Assembly (NCBI GenBank): GCA_010909165.1
Contig: VJWM01000068.1
Coordinates: 1,054,001-1,118,000 of the forward strand
Direction of reading: 5' to 3'
DNA: 64,000 bases
Origin: Anthoceros angustus
Lineage: Eukaryota; Plantae; Anthocerotophyta
A program made the translations under genes and the position numbers. The notes below the pieces were generated by a model. It was not told the DNA's origin and did no database searches. It worked only from the letters and a program-made list of their open reading frames with translations. Below, piece after piece: positions 51,971 through 64,000 of this stretch. Numbering within the stretch: the first letter of the stretch is position 1; each line of letters starts with the position of its first letter.

Positions 51971-54749
51971 TGAAAAACACTGACATGGGCCGCAAGATGG
52001 AGTCATGCAAATGAAATGTAGGTTAGGTGGCCGTCAAAGTGTCGGGTTTGGTGCATGGAAATGAAATCAGTGAAAGTGGTGGGGACAACACGCAAAGCAT
52101 AAGCTCATTCCATTCGTAAATATTCATGGTGTCATGAAAATGTTGCGGGCATACGTTTGGTCAAATGGTTGACAAACACGGGTTTGTAGCCCAATTCCTT
52201 GAGAATGAAAGGAGTTCGTCCATCATCCAGTGATTTGGGTGTGAACAATGTTTCTCCACCGACTTTATGGAGTCGGGCGAAAGGAGCAGACCGTGCCGGC
52301 GTTGGCGGGGAGGCGGGGGTAGGGAGCCTCGGAGGATGCATCCCACCGATTGGATGCAGTCGTGCGCATCCCACTAGTTCGGATGCAGTGGTGGGATGGG
52401 CGAGGACCAGCACAGTGGGTTTGAAATAGGATTCTGGGGTTGAGCGACGTGCCCACCGCGGTGGTCTCGTCCCAACGTGCGAGAAGGAATAGGGAAGGCC
52501 GCGGTGGGCTGGAAGGAAAGCAGCGTGCGCATTAGTGGAAGGAAGCGCGGCGGTGGCGGGTAGGTGCGAAAGGGTCGCCGGCCGTGCGTGTGGAGGATGA
52601 GGAACCCAAGATCGGGCGGAGCGGGCGGCCCAGTGGGTTGGTGAACTCGTGGCGGTTGAAATTGGGAAGCGGCAGTGTAGCTCCACATCTTGTAGATGAC
52701 TGGCAAATCACGGTGATGCGCATGTTGTAGTCAGCCAAGCCGGGAAGGAAGGGGCGGAGGAATGGGAGATGCAAAGCTCAGTACATTCTGCGTGGCCTAT
52801 GGTTCCCATCAACTATTGGGCTGTCAGGTTCTTGGCATTTGTGGAGGACCATCAAAGCGATGTCTGCGCATAGAGGGCTATCGAGAAACTTGCCGCCTCG
52901 ACTGCCGGCGAGGGCGGACCGGATGGAGTGGCGGTGGACAAATTCTGCGAGAGGTCTACGGTGGAGTGCCACATTTTCATGCACCAAGTGTTCGACGGTT
53001 GGCCGTCGGAATGGAAGAGGTGGGAAAGGGAGCTGCCGGCGTGGGCGACCTTAGGATTTGGTTTTCCAGTGCACGCATCAAGTGCCACCTTGTGGAGAGG
53101 TGGCCTAATGAGGTATTATGAATTGGTTGATTTCGTGCGGTATGGAGAAATGGAATGGAATGAGAAGAATGGGCGTTGTTCGAGGATATCAACCCGGAGA
53201 ACCATGTTATACGTACTTGGCGGGGATGCGAGTGCCGGGCGGTGGAAGGAGAACCAAGTGCCGGCCGTGAAGGCACAAAATGTAAGGGTGGTTGCGGTTG
53301 GGAATGGGAGTGATGGTGCGAGCACGCTTATGATGAGCGTGGGGAGTACCATAGGTTCCGCGGTTCATGTAATTCGTTGGAACTGCGGATGGCGATTTTC
53401 GGCTGCGAGGCGGCTGCACGGCGGCCGCGGGCGTCGATAGGTGCAAGCGCTCGAGTTGCGGATCGTTGTAAGGTGCGGTGCGTGCGCGATGCACATTCAA
53501 TGTTTCTGAAAATGCACGTTGCGAAATTTGAGTACGCGTAGCATGGCATGTGGCACGCGGATCGAAGTGCACGTGCGCGATGGCACGCAATGCGAAAATG
53601 CGAAATTTGAGTGGCGCGGTAGCGCATCGTGCAACCGCCTGCGGAAGGTGCGATGACTCACATGTTGGCATATACTGCGGCGCGCGGTCACGGGATGCGA
53701 TGGGAGGCGCGGAGTAAAGGCGTCGGTGGGGATCTCGGGCGATCCGAGGCCGCAGTGGACCTATGATTCCGTGCACAATGAAAGCATGCCATGATGGTGC
53801 GTTGAAGCGAGGCGGTGGAGGAGGAGGGGCGGCGCGAGGAAGGAGCAATCGCGGAGGAGGAGGGGAGGCGAGGGTGAGGAGGCCATGGACATCCGTGCGA
53901 TCGTCCGAGAAGGTGGAGTGGCTGGCGCGGATCCGGCGCACCTTGGGAGGCGTTGTGGATCGATCTGCGGATGTGCACCTGAAGTGGAGACAAGGAGGTC
54001 GGCCCGTGCGCGATCGCATCTGCGTCGGTCACCCATGAATTCTCAAACCTCGCTTGATTGATTGCACTGGATTGCACATTGCGACCATGCTTGGTTGGCT
54101 TTCGAAGGGCGTCACTCGCCCACAACGACCGGCGGTACAAGCGGTGCTATGTGGCCTCTGCGGAAATGTAAGCATTTTGCGGTCGGCATCTGTCAGCCTC
54201 GCCTTGTGTGTTTGCGGTGAGTATGATCCATTCGAGTTTGCGCGGCACGGAGGCGTGGGCGATGGGCGCGTCGTCCCCGCGGCGATCATGCGGGGCGGCG
54301 AGTGATGGTGCGCGCCCGGGCCGGGCAGCGATGGGAGAAGTGGAGGCGGCGGCGGCGACATGCGCAATGTTGTGCGGCCGACATGAGGTTGGGCGGGATG
54401 TGGGGCTTGGAGCACGGTTTTGTATGCCGTCCGGAAGGAGCAACGCCGTCCTCGCCGGAAGGCTCCCTCGAGAAGGACTGCGGATGCAGACGGGCGGTGG
54501 CGCGGGGAGGCCGTGGAAGCGGCGGTGGCTCGCGGAATCTCGGGGCGTGGAGCCGGTGTGGGAGTGGGAGAGCCCGGCAAATCCACTCCACGACTCGCAT
54601 GTCGAGCGTACATGGCCGGAGGAGGCGAGAAATGTGTACGGCTGGTCCGGGAAATGGGTACTCATGGTATTGGAGGTTCGCATTGTCCGCCATGCACAAA
54701 GATTTCATTTTTCGTGGAGAAGGCAGATTGTGGCCTGACCATTGAGAAG

Positions 54750-55930
54750 TGGGTTGGAGGTGGGTGAAGGTGCCTCGTGGGCGGGTCATGACGCATGGGG
54801 CGCGGAATCTTTGGAGCAGCAAGAATTGGCATGGCGTTGGTGCCGTTGTGGATGCAATTCGCGAAGACCCGAGGATTGCAATGCGTGCGACCATCGAGAT
54901 AGGCGCGGTGACCATGCTCTGTGAGAAGTCAATGGAGGCTTCGTGTGGGAGTTTTATCAGAGAAGGACGCCTTTTTCGGCAATCACCGTCGTTCGAAAGT
55001 GGAGGAGGCGGTTGGATGGCACCCTATGGTCGCAGTGAGGGAATGATAGCGATGGATGTTACGCAATCGGAGAAGTGGAGTTGGAAGCTAGTGGTGAGGC
55101 GGTTGGGCGGAATGGGACCGTCACATGTGCTGTGGGCCAGACCCAGGCGGCGGTGGAATATGCGGTGAGGCTCGTTTCTCGGCGGTTGGGACATTGAGCA
55201 TCCTCCCGGAGTTGGATCAACACAATTTTTGTGGGCGCGTCATTGCCGTTATTCGTGTGGGGCGGAGCATTTCATATGTTACTTGGACTTCGAGCGAAGG
55301 GGTATTCCAAACACTGGAAGCATGTGACGATCATCGGGGCATGCCACACAATGGGGGTCGACGGGATACGCCCGATAGCTGGAAGATCCCATGCCTTTTG
55401 TTAGGGGGCCCGTCGTGGAACCCCGCATTGAGGTAAGGCGGCGTTACATTTGCGGGTTTGCCGCGAGCGGCTGAAGAATGAACGGGAGGCGGAGGCCATC
55501 GACATTTGTCGATGGGTAGAACATGTGCATGGAGCGAGAAGTGTGTATGCATGCGGCGAGCGCCCATTCTAGATTGTTCACGGACGGCGTGTTTGTGTGC
55601 GTCGTTGGTTTGGAAGTGTTATGTGGGTGCACGCACTTCAAACAATGAATCAAGCGATACCAAAAGTGACGTGATAGCTACGGGCGCTTTCGACGAACTT
55701 CTGCGGGCGATCTACCTCTGCGGATCGGTGCGGTGTGCAAACCCCGGCCGCAAGCGCTTCAAGCTCGGACCGTCCGTGGAACACAAATCGGAGTGGGCCC
55801 TAACACGGTCGAGCCGCTTTGTCTGAAACCCTTGGCTGCGGACATGCCATTACTCGGGCGGAAAGTGTTAGGAGGATCGAAATCGGCGCCGGTACATTCG
55901 AGAGGTGCATTTGGGGTTTGAAGGAGGAAG
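54750..55930 (+). pseudogene. Degenerate HECT-like E3 ubiquitin ligase domain
   Basis: Motifs in HECT order across frames: GDHAL.EVNGGFVWEFY (~54910-54960), RLFTDGVFVCVVGLEVLCG (~55571-55628), ELLRAIYLCGS / FCGRSTS (~55700), LRTCH (~55840), terminal LGFEG (~55910). Confidence 0.5.
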
Positions 55931-56299
55931 GCGCATGGGCAAGGAAAAGCGCTCCCGAGGGTAGGCGCGGTCAGGAGGTGTTGAGGCCACCGAGTCTCCA
56001 CCTTGGCCATCACGTGGGGCAAAAAGCAGTGAAGGGTGCCCATGGGGCCAGCGCTGCGGCCTTCGAGCAGGCGGAAGAAGGAGGAAGATGGTGGGCGGTG
56101 CGCCCGGCCGAGGCTGCATCAGAGGTCATGGCGGAAGCCCATCATCATGGACGGTGAAAACTTGAGGCAATTCTGCGAGGAGGTGGGGATGAGGGCTGGA
56201 AGGTGGAGATGAAGGGATGCATAGGAGGCGGGTGCGCGCACACCATAAGCGTATGATTTGGCGGTGCGGCACTTGCAGCGGGGAGACCATTGAAAGGCC

Positions 56300-57200
56300 T
56301 ACCGGCGGAGCTAGGCTGCGGCAGGCAGTGACGAGGCTCACGCCGGCTGCGGCATGGCGGTGTATGGGAGGTTGTCCGTGGAGGAGGTGTGCAGTGCCAC
56401 GCACACACCCATCCGCAGCGTGAAGCAGGAATCTGATTCGTGCGGCGGGCTGGCTGGATGGAATCGAAATCCCAAGGAGGCGGGTCACGGAGGCTGCGTT
56501 TTGATGCCGGAGCACATGTACGGCAGTCGGCGGCGCATCCGCGTCGACCAATGCGACACCCATGTACATGTGGCATATGGATTGTAAGTGCGTGATGCGA
56601 GGCATGCGATGTTCGCGGTTGGCGTTGCGGGGAGAAGTGATTGCGAGTTGACGCAATCGGTGGGTTGTTGCCTGGTTTTCTTATGACAAGATGTACCAAT
56701 TCTACTTGAGTGCGGGGCCATAGATGGGGCAACCCATTCGTCCCACAGTTGGTCTGGAGGATAACAAGCGGGGACGGCGATTTTCAACGCCTATGTGGAA
56801 GCGGTGAGGAAGTTTGGGCATCCGCGGATTGTCGGACTACGCGAGCACAATAAGCGGATATGAAGCGAGGCCAAGGGCACATGGAAGCAACTTCATCCGC
56901 CCCTCATGCACAACCGGTAAAAGTTAGGTGCTTGGTCTCGTTTTCCTTATGCCTGTGTGGTGGTGAAGTCGATGAATGCGGGATTATTGCGGAGGATTGA
57001 GCATTTGGCGGTCCTTGGGAGAAGTGGGCATTCCTCTACAAGGGTACATGATGGATATGGTGAGGAGCGTGAGCGGACATCACCAACCACAGCACATCCA
57101 TTCACCGTGACCTTCATGCCCACGATGAGGCGGAGCTCGGCGTTGGAGGCGGTATGGAATAGGCACCGGTGCGGAAGATCGGGCGGCCAGCGAGACATTC
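56300..57200 (+). mobile_element. Degenerate IS3-like DDE integrase-core transposase with introns
   Basis: Motifs in order: GIEIPRRRVTEA, NATPMYMWHMD|gtaagt (56571-56584), GAIDGATH (56714), LEDNKR / TAIFNAYVEAVRKFGHPRI, SDYA (56832), MHN (56906), RIEHL (56993), TFMPTMRR...WNRHR (57150). These fit the consensus GPN.LWH.D, HGAIDG.SR, AV..FG.P.RVRSD, HN.RIE.LW, WN.H. Confidence 0.7.
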
Positions 57201-57739
57201 CGGCCATGTGCTGCTATCGCATTCAAGAAGAAGGTCGACTACAAGGGTGGGTGCGACCACCGCATATGGGGGAGTGAGGAGGCGATGGCGAGGAGTTCGA
57301 TGTGGGTGGCCCTCGGTATGCACAAAGCGTGGCCCCGAGATGCCACCACTCGTGACATAAATTGCGGCGGTGAGCTGACTGTACTGTCCATTTATTTTAT
57401 GCATTGTGGAGGCGAGGCGCATCGGCGCCATTGTGCGAGCACGAGGCCCGAATCGTATGGGCCCTTCTGTGGGTTGTCGAGGCTGCGGATGGCGAGGACA
57501 ATGCATATGCAAAGGGATTGCGGGACATGGACTTCCTCCCGGACATGTATCGGTGCACATGGCACTAACAACACTCTGCGGGGAGTGCGAGCACGAGGCG
57601 CATTGCCCACCTCCACGGTGGGCGGTGAAGCCACCGTGGGCGTGGGCGGCCATCACCTGCTGGTCTATGGTGCAGGTGTGAGGCGTGTGGCCCAGTTGCA
57701 GCCTTAGGGAGTGAGCTAGGTGTGTTGGAGAAAATTGAT

Positions 57740-58300
57740 TTGTCGCTCACCATGACACAGGAGGCGGTGACATTGTCGCTCACCATGACACAGGAGGCGG
57801 TGACAATTTGGATTTGTTTGTTACGGCGTTTTGAGAGTTGAGCCCAGTGGTGGCTTTGTTGTGGTGGAATGTAAAGGGGTTGTGTGAAGATGGTGTGCGC
57901 TTCTTGCTGTATGTTGGCCTTGTCTGGCCTTTGGATGGGCTGCGATAACCCGGTAGTGCAGCGTACATAGGCGCTGCGCTACTCGAGCACAAGGGCTATG
58001 CTGCGAGGCAGCGGGCACTTGTGCCCTCCCGAAAAATGGTGTCTTCTGCGAGGCATGGCTGGCCCCTTGTGCGCCTGACGCTTTGGATGGGTGCAATAGT
58101 AGCGGGCGTACATAGGCGCTGCCTTCTCGAGCACAAGGGCTGTATGCTGCGAGCGGCATACAGCCCTATCTCCGAAAAATAGTGTGCGCTGCGCGAGCTG
58201 TATGGCTGGCCTTGCGCCTGACGCTGGATGGGCGATAGCCGGTAGCGCGAGGCGCTGGCGCCTCGAGCTGGAGGCACAGCTGTATGCTGCGAGCAGCGAG
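57740..58300. repeat. Subterminal repeats of the large element: ~31-bp duplication (~57740-57805) and about three ~130-160 bp units
   Basis: TTGTCGCTCACCATGACACAGGAGGCGGTGACA twice; TATGCTGCGAG...TGGCTGGCC...GCGCCTGACGCT repeated. Confidence 0.75.
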
Positions 58301-59329
58301 GCATGCCCTGTCTCCCTCCTCACGCTATCTCCTCACGCCCGAGCCCTAAAACCAAAACATTGTGTGTGACAACCACAAAAGATTCTACACGTACACCACA
58401 TGCTTAGTGACGAGATCGGGACACGAGGGTGCACCGACCGATGTCGTCAAGTGGCACCGAGAGTTTTCCGCCAGTATGCGAAAACTTTTTGGTCACAATG
58501 GAAAAAAACCCTAAAGGGCTTCCTGACGAGATCGGTATTCCATACGAGTGACCAGATCGGTATTCCATAGTTCGCTGCCACTTTAAGGTCATGCCAATAT
58601 CCATCTATGGCCAGCCTTACTTCTTTTGTTTTGACAGCCGCAAGGTCCAATGTTATTGCCAGGTGCTTGGACCGATGCCCTTGCGAGATGCTCGATTCGT
58701 GAACTGCGTCACTTCACGATCTCCATCGGGGCGGGTGCCTTGAGCATTCTGCGGCCGATCCACCAACAGGTCCGCCTCCTTCGCCAGCAGCATCACGTTG
58801 GCGACTCCTTCCAGAACGACTATGACCCCCCGGCTCCCCACGTCGGGCTGGATATCAACAGCCTCATATCCACGGCCACTGGGGAAGCCAGCGCTTTCGT
58901 CACAGAAGACCTCTTTTCTCCGCAGAAGGTGACCTTCTGGGTGGATTACGACGTCGACAGTCCCTGCCGGTGTCTGCTGCTAAGACGCCCGCCCTGAGAT
59001 CTCAGGCTAAGCTTCTCTTCTCCTACGCGCCTTTCGATTCGTCAAGCTTCATCAACCCGTCCTCGCATGTGGGATTCTCGGCTTCCACTGGAGGTTATAC
59101 GGAGTTGCATTTCGTCTACTCCTGGTCCTTCAGGACGTTCTTCTGACGAACCATCTTTCCTTTCCATGTCTAAGTGACATCGTGTGTTCGAAGCGAGTAG
59201 TAGCCTTGGCCAGTTTTTTGGCCACTGTTTCAAGGTGGAAATGCGCCCAGAGTAGAGTGCGGACGAGAGAGACGTAGAGAGTAATGTAGACTACGTGGAA
59301 GGAGATGGTGGATGTATTGACAAAGGAAC

Positions 59330-60415
59330 TGGCACGAGCCTACAACAATTTCCCTCAAGGCAAGGTATTTGCAGAACGGCCTGAGGGACTAAATACTCTG
59401 AAGGACCTTGTATGGTGTCTGCTTGTTCTTTTGCCCTGCGTCCATGAGACAAGCATGGCCACACTAGCGTGGTATGCGTGGAGGTACTCGAACACGAGCT
59501 GAAACACAGGAAAGGTCTTTGGGTCACCTCTTTTGTTCTTAGCCAGCTCCGGAACTTGGCAACCAGTTTCTCTGTACGTGGCACAGGAGTCAACCAAAAG
59601 CAACCCTCATAAAGTATCGTGCTTTATTCCACCCTCATCCAGAATCCTACATCATCCAAGCTTTCTCCTCACTTGCCAAGAATCTTTTCTGCTCGTTTCC
59701 TGGTTGGCTGAGTCGAGCCCTGTCTTGCTTATCCCCTGCTTCACCCTCTGCCTCATCGTCTTCGTTTTCGTAGGCAAACGTCACAAGCAAGTTGCTTGAT
59801 TCCACTCATGCATGCCGTCAGGTTGGTCTACCAAATGGCCTTCTTAGGTGTTGAACGATGCTCCTGTTTGAATTCTGGGGGAGCAGGAACTTCGGGCTTG
59901 AAAACTGTCCCTCTTCTCAGAATCATTTCCCACTACCTCACCATCGTCCCACAGTGTTTCCTCCTGTTTACTGTCATCTGCACATTAGCACCTGTATGAT
60001 CTCCGCGATTTACCCTAAACCAACGACATCACCTACGCAGGCACGAAATCCAGTCAATTGTAAGCTTGTTGGCTGGAGTGAGTTCAGCACTCACTCTTCT
60101 CAAACCTATCCTCATTCAACATCGGCATTTCTTGCAGGCACTTCAAGAGTCTGTGCTCCTTCGCTCATTCCAGGTCCCTTTTGTCTAGCCTCCTCCTCAT
60201 TTTCAACATCCTCTACCTCTTTCCTTCTGCACCCATCCCCTCCAGATGCTCCAATGCTCTCCACGTCATCAAATGCCGAAGCACCTGCACCAGAAGCTTA
60301 ATTAGCCATCGCTGATAGACTTGGCCTGTTTATTTGTACTAACTCGCATTTCCTCTTCAGTTTCGTTCTCCTTGAACTGTACATAAGCTGCTCTTGGCGG
60401 CACCTTCTGGAACGA
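59330..60415 (-). pseudogene. Older, more diverged TFIIF-alpha pseudogene (exons 4, 5, 6 and parts of 8-9)
   Basis: SFQKV...YQRWLIK..SAFDDVESIG, DDGEVVGNDSEKRD...PEVPAPPEFKQ, EDDEAEGEAGDKQ...LSQPG, LVAKFRSWLRTKE, YLALRE. Has stops, frameshifts and no exon 7. Confidence 0.8.
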
Positions 60416-61058
60416 GTGACCTGACTTCCTGGAACGAGTGAAAAGACAAAACGACAGAAACAATTAAGACGATCCGTAACAAGCGTTCGATTCTTGCGAC
60501 TTCGGTAACCCAGCTAGGTCATCAAATTGCCCCCGGTCCCGTAAATAGGATCAAGTAACAAGCCAACATCCGATAAGCTCAGTTTTAGCTGCCCAGGGCC
60601 GTCCCGTTGTACGGACCAGGCAGCCACGGAGCCGGTCTGTTTTCAGAAGCGCGGCATTCCATAGCTGAGAAAGGAAAGCGGAGTGTAAGGGGCCGCTACC
60701 TGCTCGGCAAAGGACAGCGCGAGATCGGCATCAGATCTTGGTCCGCTGCTTACCGCCTCTGCTCTGTGCGTGAATTGTGGCATCCTGATGCTCGCTTTGC
60801 CATTCCCTTGTGCTTGTTCCGAATTTTGTTGGCCTGAATCGCGGCCGGCTAATCTGTCCTGATGCTGGCTGTGGAGCGCCCGAGGAATGTGGTGTCTATC
60901 TAGCATTGCTAAGCTGGAGTGAGGGTGGCTGGCTGGAATTGCTTGGGAGTGAGGTCATTTGGCTTGCGAGCTGCAGGTGCGCTCTAACGCGGCGTTTGGT
61001 GTGGTGTAGGAGCGGATCCGAGACCTGCCGCACCGTCCGCTGTGTCTGACACGTCTCG

Positions 61059-63182
<2,124 letters not shown>

Positions 63183-63568
63183 GTATGATAATCCGAGCCA
63201 TTTCACAGTTAGGAACGAGCATCCCGACGTGACAGTGGTGGTTATTTATTATAAGGTCAGGACATCATATTATGTACCTATCTAGATCTTCAGCGGTAGG
63301 AATCCTTTATGACTTGCAAGATTGGACGAACTTATTTAGGGAGTGAGTGAATTTTGTTGTCTCAATAAGTTGGCCATGCTGAACTCCAGTTTTTTTTAAC
63401 CTGCCTTACCGTGTCTGTGGAAAGATGCTTGTGATTTTTCCTGTTGACATGAAAAGCTCACCTTATGCACCACGTTCATTCACGTTTCGAGCCGAGATGA
63501 TAATTTTTCCACCAGAGCGGTGGTGTTCAAGAACACCATTAAGTGAGAGCAGCTGCAGTTGTGCAGAG

Positions 63569-64000
63569 CTACTCGGCAGAGGATGATTTGCCTCCCTTTC
63601 CAGAAATTCCAGTTTTCTTTGGCAGAAGCACAGAGTGAATGTTTGGCAGAACCCCTCCGTTGGCGATGGTAACGGAGCCGAGCAGCTTGCTCAGTTCCTC
63701 GTCATTTCTTACTGCCAATTGAATGTGACGGGGCACTATCCTTGTCTTCTTGTTATCGCGAGACGCATTTCCAGCCAACTCAAGCACCTGCGCAAGGAGG
63801 GGTGTGAGAAACAAGACAACATGGACACTAAGAAGCGACAAGCACGAAGACTGTCATCTTCTGCAATTTCCAGCAGTGCCCACAGCGGTGAGCGTGGAAT
63901 CACCTCAGCGGCAAGATACTCGAGCACAGCGGCAAGGTAGACAGGGGCGCCCGCTCCCACACGGGTTGCGTACTTGCCAGCCTTGAGAAATCGGGCAATT
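63569..64000 (-). CDS. H2A: Histone H2A with one intron (63788-63903); 5' part lies beyond the window
   Basis: [32 protein letters not shown]|[72 protein letters not shown]. Confidence 0.95.

Larger units (their letters stand above)
35140..58569. mobile_element. Candidate ~23.4 kb composite DNA transposon with inverted terminal motif TATGGAATACCGAT(C/A)TGGT
   Basis: Four tandem forward motif copies at 35140-35210 and two reverse copies at 58530-58569. Flanks GCTCTC and GTTCGC match at 4 of 6 positions. Transposase-like and HECT-like relics lie inside. Confidence 0.55.

Noticed and set aside
56711-56740. GAIDGATH as a PIF/Harbinger GAIDGTH motif
   Set aside because: The flanking motifs (WHMD upstream; AV..FG.P, SD, HN.RIE, WN.H downstream) fit the integrase-core family, and no Harbinger GD..Y motif was seen.
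41942-57700. Dozens of 100-430 aa Arg/Pro/Ala/Gly-rich overlapping ORFs
   Set aside because: Composition typical of off-frame GC-rich DNA, with no recognisable domains apart from the motifs reported.
35137-58575. CACTA/EnSpm interpretation of the ends (left CTCTA, right reverse complement AACTA, each one base from CACTA; GCT near both flanks)
   Set aside because: Neither end is an exact CACTA, the 3-bp repeat is offset by one base, and no TnpD/TnpA motifs were found. The enclosed transposase motifs are IS3-like. Not fully excluded.
58650-58997. 115-aa plus-strand ORF just outside the right end of the large element
   Set aside because: No recognisable family or splice support; could be an exon relic but cannot be supported.

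Overview
Eukaryotic nuclear DNA from a land plant. Short GT-AG introns, LHCB6, an LYR-type LysM kinase, PLS-PPR relics and an intron-containing H2A fit a compact non-seed plant genome such as a hornwort or lycophyte (inference only). Intact host genes are LHCB6/CP24 (1735-2730), tRNA-Ser(GCT), a 9-exon TFIIF-alpha/RAP74 with one GC-AG intron (32397-34913), a divergent alpha-tubulin (61059-63182) and H2A (63569 to window end). An intronless LYR LysM pseudokinase (25318-27368) carries one frameshift. The rest is repetitive. It includes a ~3 kb block repeated about four times (pogo-derived foldback plus TFIIF-alpha fragment, with or without LHCB6), a Ty1/copia element, more TFIIF-alpha pseudogenes and MULE relics. 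The best candidate for new biology is a ~23.4 kb segment (35140-58569) bounded by inverted TATGGAATACCGAT ends. It holds a degenerate IS3-like DDE integrase-core transposase directly after a degenerate HECT-like domain, a nested MULE-like element, and a repeat array in which the end motif flips orientation. Many duplicate copies differ mainly by small indels and join at short microhomologies, so part of the structure may be unpolished long-read assembly artefact. All domain calls come from hand translation and remembered consensus motifs, not database searches. No CRISPR array or prokaryotic genes were seen.
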